Shown here piece by piece: positions 58,350 through 64,000 of a stretch of DNA of 64,000 nt. The translations under genes were made by a program, and so were the position numbers. Origin of the DNA: a virus; the IMG/VR virus record IMGVR_UViG_3300031539_000014; one strand, given 5' to 3'. The first letter of the stretch is position 1, and every line of letters starts with the position of its first letter. Under the pieces are notes generated by a model. It was given only the letters and a program-made list of their open reading frames with translations. It ran no database searches and was not told the origin of the DNA.

Positions 58350-60368
58350 TTATGCTTTTATGTTAGTTATGGGTTTTAAAGAATGTACTATTTCTACGAG
58401 GTCTTCTTGATTTTTCATAACTATTTCAATATTTTTATATGCCTCTGGGGCTTCGTCAAGATGAGTTTCATTAACTGAAAAAGATATTATATCCATCATT
58501 TGTTGCTTAAAATTATTTATGTTTAAAGTTTCTTTAGCTTTTTTACGACTCATTGTGCGTCCCGCACCATGAGAACAGCTGTGTAAACTTTCATTATTAT
58601 TAGTCCCACGCACAATATAACTATTAGTACCCATACTGCCTGGAATTATGCCAAAAATTTCTTTACGAACTTTTGTAGCGCCTTTTCTATGTACCCATAA
58701 ATTTTTACCGTAATGATTTTCTCTAGCTACATAATTATGATGTATATTTACTTCATTTTCAAATTTTATATCTGGAATTAATTGTTTTATTATTTTCTTT
58801 ATAGTTTCAAGCATAACCGCTCTATTATGAAAAGCAAAATTCTGTGCCCAAACAACTGCCTCTAAATAAAATTTTCCTTCTTCGGATTGTTCTGGCAAAA
58901 ACTCTGTTCCTTGTCTTGCTCTGGAATGCCATTTACTGTTTTGTAATTTAGCTTCATTCATAAATACTCTCGCTATCGCTTCCCCTGGACCACGCGACCC
59001 TGAATGCAACATTATACAAAGATGGTTATGCTCATCAGTTTGTAATTCGATAAAATGATTGCCGCCACCAAGTGTTCCCAAATATTTTGTTGATGATATT
59101 AGCCTATCTTTAACAACGTCAGAATGTTTTTCTGCAAATTTTAACCAGTCGGGTTTTTGTGAGGTTGCTAAAGCAGGTATACAGTGTGCTATTGCTTCAT
59201 CAAAAATTTTATTAGTTCCTAATTGTAATGAGTTCTCACGTTTTAAAAACCCCATTGGTATAAGGCGATCCATAGCTTTAATGAAATTTTTAAAAATATC
59301 GGTATTTATATTTTTTTCTATTTTAAAATCAGTTAATACCCAACCCATTCCACAACCAATATCACATTTATCTTATGTTTTCCATAAGTTTGGACTATAC
59401 CATCACTAGAGTCATAAGAGTAGCAGCTCCTCGTCTAGGCTCGCCGTATTAATTGTTAATATTCTCCTGAATGTAAAATTCTATGGCAACATGAGCAAAG
59501 TAAATCACATTTTTTTAACTCGGCATCAACTTTTTTTCTGGAAAATCTAGTTAGGCCGCTTAAGCTTAAATAAAGTTTTTTTGTCTCTGGATTTCTGTGA
59601 TGAAAGTCAAATGCGGCTGCATTTTTTCCAGTATATTTATAATCACATTTTTTACATTTGCTGCCTTTTTTTCGAATTAGTTCACCCTTTAGCTTTCTTG
59701 CCCATTTTGCTTTATATTTAAAACGTTGTTCTCTATTCCTATAGTTCCATTCGCGCTTGTATTGAACACAGTCGTTATATTTACGGCCATTGTGACCATT
59801 TATGTAGGTTTTAGTCCTACCGTAATGATCTACATTTTTTAATTTTTTATTACAACCACAAGCACATTTAATGTAAGGAGCTTCCTTATATTTTTTATCC
59901 CAACATTTTTGTTTACGTTCTTTCTGTGTCATTAAGTCTCCATTGATTTATTTATATGCAAATATACTCTATACCGCAACCAATGTCAACTCTTTTATTA
60001 CACAATTCTATATAAAAGACTGCTATCTTTTATACAAGTCTCTGAACCATTGCTATCTTGTTTCCAAGAAGTCTGGCTGCTGATTGCCCTCGATTTTACG
60101 TTAGGGGTTCCAGCAATTGAGCGAGTTTTACAGGCGCCAATATATCAACGCCTACAAAATTTGGAATTAATTCGTGCTCTGTGGCAACTACTGATCCAAT
60201 TGGACATCCAACACCTTGATGTATGTCTGGCATAAAAGAGGCATATTTTATAAAATCGTTGCTACAAACATTTTCTACTTGGTCTAAAGCTCCAGACTCT
60301 ACCGATGACAAGTCATCCACCCATATTTTGGCCGGTACCTTCATATCATTTTTATGCATTACTTTCAT
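58350..60368 (-). CDS. rtcB: RNA ligase RtcB, spliced (exon 1 60148-60368, exon 2 58350-59364; 411 aa)
   Basis: MPDIH.G.G.PIG, reconstituted VGVDIGCGM, GGGNHF, HSGSRG, HHNY, HRKGAT, SHGAGR. Confidence 0.9.
59365..60147 (-). mobile_element. Group I intron in rtcB
   Basis: Core elements AAUUGCUGGAA, GCAAUCAGCAGCC, GUUCAGAGACU, GUAUAGUCCA; P1 with U-G at 5' splice site; terminal G at 59365; removal restores frame. Confidence 0.9.
59456..59932 (-). CDS. Intron-encoded HNH homing endonuclease
   Basis: CACGC, CKKC, FDFHHRNP, CDLLCSCCHRILH. Confidence 0.85.
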   Translation of the reverse strand: MTQKERKQKCWDKKYKEAPYIKCACGCNKKLKNVDHYGRTKTYINGHNGRKYNDCVQYKREWNYRNREQRFKYKAKWARKLKGELIRKKGSKCKKCDYKYTGKNAAAFDFHHRNPETKKLYLSLSGLTRFSRKKVDAELKKCDLLCSCCHRILHSGEY

Positions 60369-60546
60369 TGTTATGTCCTTTTTTTAAAGCATTGGCTATT
60401 TCCGTTAATTGATAACACGCCTCAATCAATAATTTATTAGTTAAATTTATTGAAGCAAGTAAGAATCCATCAGGGTATTTATCAGGTATTAGCTTAGTCA
60501 TTTCTGAAATTTTGTTTGTTAACTCTTCAGCTTCGTTTTTATCCAT
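60352..60546 (-). CDS. Hypothetical protein
   Basis: 64 aa with RBS. Confidence 0.5.
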   Translation of the reverse strand: MDKNEAEELTNKISEMTKLIPDKYPDGFLLASINLTNKLLIEACYQLTEIANALKKGHNNESNA

Positions 60547-60559
60547 TTTTTTCCTTTAA

Positions 60560-60632
60560 TCGTGGCGGGAGGAATTGAACCTCCTGCCTCCAAGTTATCA
60601 GCTTGGAGCTCTACCGACTGAGCTACACCACG
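60560..60632 (-). tRNA. tRNA-Ile(GAT)
   Basis: Cloverleaf, CU-GAU-AA loop. Confidence 0.92.
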
Positions 60633-60639
60633 AATATTT

Positions 60640-61179
60640 TTAAACAAAGATAATGATTACGCCCAAAACAATGCCTAGGCCCACCATGGAAGCATGTCCA
60701 AATAACGATTCTGGGGATGGTCTAGGGTCGTACATTTGATATTCAGCTGGTTTACCGTTTTCATATCTTTTAGAAATTATTTGCCTAGGTACGCACTTTC
60801 TTTTATATATTATGCACCAGTACCAGAGCCAGGCAATAGTAATCGGTACTCCTACTATAAATTGGATTATATCTTTTCCAATAACTTTATAAGCTATCAG
60901 AAACATAGTAAACTTTCCAACTTTAGTATCAGCAAGCTGTTCCGCATGACTTGTTACCGCGGTCAATCCCGCATCCATAGCCGTGCCTATTTCTTTGCCA
61001 AGACCGACCCATTTACCGACTTCACTAACTTTATTGCTTGCGGAAGCAGAGGCGATTTGTTCTGGGGTTAACATATTCTTGTCAATTAGTATTTTAGTAT
61101 TATCGCCATACTGAGTTTGTTGAGCCGAAGTAATAACAGTAAGGCACAAAATACCAAAGATAATGATTACTTTTTTCAT
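60640..61179 (-). CDS. Hypothetical membrane protein
   Basis: Signal peptide from MKKVIII, VGKWVGLGKEIG motif, two TM helices. Confidence 0.6.
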   Translation of the reverse strand: MKKVIIIFGILCLTVITSAQQTQYGDNTKILIDKNMLTPEQIASASASNKVSEVGKWVGLGKEIGTAMDAGLTAVTSHAEQLADTKVGKFTMFLIAYKVIGKDIIQFIVGVPITIAWLWYWCIIYKRKCVPRQIISKRYENGKPAEYQMYDPRPSPESLFGHASMVGLGIVLGVIIIFV

Positions 61180-61505
61180 TGTTTTATCCTTTCGTTTTAT
61201 GATAGGGGTGGTCAGCTGGAATATCGGCTGTATCAAATGCCCATGTTACAAGTGCCGCGACTATACCTATGTTCCAACCAATAAATAATGAAATACCGGC
61301 CTTAATTAACCACGGAGTCTCATAAATTTCACCTTTGGTGTAACTGACCCAGTAATCTAATGTATAGCCATTAATTGGGACAATTATTAACAAAAATATT
61401 ATTATTCCAATTAACCACGCAATGATGATGGAATTGTCCGTGTTTTATCCTTTCTTTTGTTTAATTGTTTAAAATTAGTGGGGGCAAGTTTGATTATTTA
61501 ATAAA

Positions 61506-61577
61506 TAGGGCTATAAGGATTCGAACCTCAATTAACTGGATGTAACCCAGCAGCCCTAGCCGTTGGACGATAGCCCC
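61506..61577 (-). tRNA. tRNA-Val(TAC), atypical body
   Basis: Cloverleaf, loop GU-UAC-AU; D arm resembles Glu/Gln-type tRNAs. Confidence 0.7.
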
Positions 61578-61585
61578 TTTGTTAT

Positions 61586-62557
61586 TTAATTTTTTGAGGT
61601 TTGTACTACACGCGGACTACGTAAATTTACTGTTTCAAACCCATATTTATCAAGACCTAGGCCACGCAATTGTTTTTCATATTGTTCAGAAGAAGCGGTT
61701 TTTTGACGCATTGTGTGAAGTCTTTTTAGTGTCTCTTCATAATCTTTATTCAATATATGAACAGCTACATATAATTCTTTTAAATGCGCCAAGGTAAAAT
61801 CATTAGTGTCATTAACCCATTTCTCGATATCGTCTTTTGTTAATTTAGTTTTCTTTTTTAAATAAGTTTGTCTATCCGTAGCGTTTGGAAATCCGATGTA
61901 TTCGATTCTATCGAACCGAGAAGGGCGATTAATCAATCGATCGGGTAAACGTTCGGGATAATTGGTAGTAGCCACAATTAACATATTTGAGACATCTTCC
62001 CCACCATCCAGAAACTGTAATAAATAATTATTTACATCACCACTATCACAATAAGTGTCAATATCCTCAATAATCACAAGAACTTTTCTATCTGGCTCGA
62101 TGACTCTAAAAATTTTAAGTGCTTCAATCACTTCACAACTAAATCCCATAACCATGCCTTTGTATTTATCAATGAAGTCTTTGACAAGAAAAGTAATAGC
62201 ACAAGTTTTTCCCCCTCCTGGAGGCCCGTGTAACAAAATACCTCTTCGGTGTGGTTCACCCATCTCTTGATATTTTTCTTTTAATGGCCAAAATGTCTTT
62301 GCCTCATTAATAACATTATCCGAAGGGCTGTCCGCAAAGCGCACCAATTCTGTAGTTGAAACCGTCATTGGAGCAAAAATTACTCCTGTATTACTAAACC
62401 CGGCCCGATAATATCCTGGCTTTATTTTCCGTCTCATACATATCACAGGTTGATAAGAACCGGTGCTGGACAACGAATAGGCCGTGTAAGTTTCTTTTGT
62501 TAATGATCTTTCATAATCATCATAATCATCATAATTTTCTGCACTATCTAGTATCAT
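61586..62557 (-). CDS. AAA+ ATPase
   Basis: GPPGGGKT, IIEDID, TTNYPE, RPSRFD. Confidence 0.88.
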   Translation of the reverse strand: MILDSAENYDDYDDYERSLTKETYTAYSLSSTGSYQPVICMRRKIKPGYYRAGFSNTGVIFAPMTVSTTELVRFADSPSDNVINEAKTFWPLKEKYQEMGEPHRRGILLHGPPGGGKTCAITFLVKDFIDKYKGMVMGFSCEVIEALKIFRVIEPDRKVLVIIEDIDTYCDSGDVNNYLLQFLDGGEDVSNMLIVATTNYPERLPDRLINRPSRFDRIEYIGFPNATDRQTYLKKKTKLTKDDIEKWVNDTNDFTLAHLKELYVAVHILNKDYEETLKRLHTMRQKTASSEQYEKQLRGLGLDKYGFETVNLRSPRVVQTSKN

Positions 62558-62588
62558 AATTTCTCCTTATTGTTAATTTTTATCTTAA

Positions 62589-62664
62589 TCCGGGCAGTAA
62601 GATTTGAACTTACGACCTCCTGGTCCCAGGCCAGGCATTCTAGACCAAACTGAACTATGCCCGG
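62589..62664 (-). tRNA. tRNA-Pro(TGG)
   Basis: Cloverleaf, loop CC-UGG-GA (C33). Confidence 0.85.
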
Positions 62665-62767
62665 AGTATTTATTCGTCTGTTATTAACCACAGTATAAAG
62701 AAAATAATCGCTGCGCTTGGGCTATCAAGCAAAAAACAAGCTATTGCTAAAATAATAAAAATATCCA

Positions 62768-63184
62768 TTATAATTTAAACCCATAACTTTCTATCAATTG
62801 TACAATGTTTGGTTCTTTTCTTGCTTTGGCTGTCTTGTGAATTCGTTTGATTTCAATTTTTAAAAAATCTATTAATGTATCATTAGTCTGATTCTTTAAA
62901 TTATTACAAAGTGCTTGAGTATCCATGAAAGCATCGGTTCTGGCAGTATCGCTGTCAACATGAAGTTTATAGACAACACGGTCAGTTATTTTCTCAATTT
63001 GTTTTTTTAATTGTTCGGTACCTTCTTGTTTAGACCTCGCTTTCATTTTCATGTAATTATCTTCTTGTTCTTGTTTTTTTACAAGTAAAGACTTTTGATA
63101 TTCAGCCAAATAAGGCTTAATAATCGATTTTGCTATTATAAAAATAGCTATAGATCCAATTGTTATAATTACAAACGTAATCAT
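62768..63184 (-). CDS. Hypothetical membrane-anchored protein
   Basis: N-terminal TM from MITFVII, coiled coil. Confidence 0.5.
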   Translation of the reverse strand: MITFVIITIGSIAIFIIAKSIIKPYLAEYQKSLLVKKQEQEDNYMKMKARSKQEGTEQLKKQIEKITDRVVYKLHVDSDTARTDAFMDTQALCNNLKNQTNDTLIDFLKIEIKRIHKTAKARKEPNIVQLIESYGFKL

Positions 63185-63370
63185 TTTTGTTGTCCTTTCG
63201 CTTCTTTCATTCGGCACTCAGCCAGTTTAGTAACCAATTCATTAAATGTTATAAATCCTTCCTGTGACAACTCTTCCTGCACCACACGGCCAATTTGTGT
63301 GTTGTCTTCCTCGGTTAAATAATCATACGGTTCGTTTTTATTACACATCACAGCACCTCTATTGTTTATA

Positions 63371-63751
63371 TTAATCGCCTAAATCTAATTGTTCTCTATA
63401 TTTTTTATTTCCTCTAAAAACAGCATTAGTCCAGCATTGAATTGATACATCTGGGGGTGAAAAATTTTTTGTTCGTTTGGCAAACACAGAGTCGTGATGT
63501 TGAACATAATTAATCAGTTCTTTCAATTTTATTAATTTCAAATTATTACCACGCATAATAAAATGTTGTGCCACGACACATAACCCTTTCATAGTTTTTG
63601 TAGTACTGTAGACCATGCCCGCGCCACCATCATATCCTTGGTACTCTTTATCATCTCGTGTATTTTCATCCCAAAATCTTAAGAAATCATACCCGGTGCC
63701 CTTCTCTTTGATTTCTTTTAGAAGCTTTATTTTACTCGTAATCTTTCGCAC
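63371..63751 (-). CDS. Hypothetical protein
   Basis: 126-aa ORF. Confidence 0.5.
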   Translation of the reverse strand: MRKITSKIKLLKEIKEKGTGYDFLRFWDENTRDDKEYQGYDGGAGMVYSTTKTMKGLCVVAQHFIMRGNNLKLIKLKELINYVQHHDSVFAKRTKNFSPPDVSIQCWTNAVFRGNKKYREQLDLGD

Positions 63752-64000
63752 AGCAATATTTACCTTTGTTCATAATTTTATATTATTTATAATCCTATGT
63801 TCTCTATATTTTAACTGGTTTCTTTCAGAAAAATTTCAAGTGTTATTTCTTTATTATAACCATTTATAATTGGTTCATTTCTATAACACATTAAATATTT
63901 ACCAATATCGGGCAGTTTAATTCCAAAAATATATAAGTTTAAAGCAGGGTTATATATTACACCATAAATTCTAAACCGACCACGATAAACTGGGTTTATG

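Noticed and set aside
62516-62540. tcataatca tandem repeat
   Set aside because: Simply encodes the acidic YDDYDDY stretch of the AAA ATPase
493-63869. Numerous 60-150 aa opposite-strand ORFs in the track
   Set aside because: They overlap well-supported genes or tRNAs and lack RBS or motifs; treated as shadow ORFs
1-64000. Genome-wide stop-codon reassignment
   Set aside because: Long genes are intact in code 11, and TAG, TGA and TAA all terminate genes, including ATGA overlaps

Overview
This is an AT-rich segment of a large (jumbo-type) tailed bacteriophage genome, read with genetic code 11. Positions 1-21.9 kb (mostly + strand) hold a virion and lysis module: baseplate/tail genes, two glycosyltransferases, an amidase endolysin, an actin-like ATPase and a probable portal. 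This block is interrupted by a host-like secreted beta-helix protein with a T9SS C-terminal sorting domain, which points to an FCB-group host. Positions 22-32 kb (- strand) hold early/accessory genes, including MoxR AAA + vWA followed by about 870 nt of non-coding DNA and a retron-type reverse transcriptase with an overlapping partner ORF. Positions 32.4-38.4 kb encode a single-chain beta-beta' RNA polymerase. Positions 39-64 kb (- strand) are an accessory island with purA, SPFH, pncA/pncB, an ECF sigma, three AAA ATPases, rtcB split by a group I intron with an HNH gene, a tmRNA and about 16 tRNA or tRNA-like genes. The main discovery candidate is the RT leader. It resolves into an array of four (three clear, one weak) sequence-divergent retron msr-msd-like ncRNA units, each with a1/a2 inverted repeats, an unpaired G opposite a G, and a UG-NNN-CG hairpin. 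Two more units of the same design flank tRNA-Tyr 20 kb away, suggesting one RT serving several templates in cis and in trans. A second candidate is a small gene with an in-frame UGA in a CxxU context followed by a SECIS-like hairpin. All structures were folded by eye and no searches were run.
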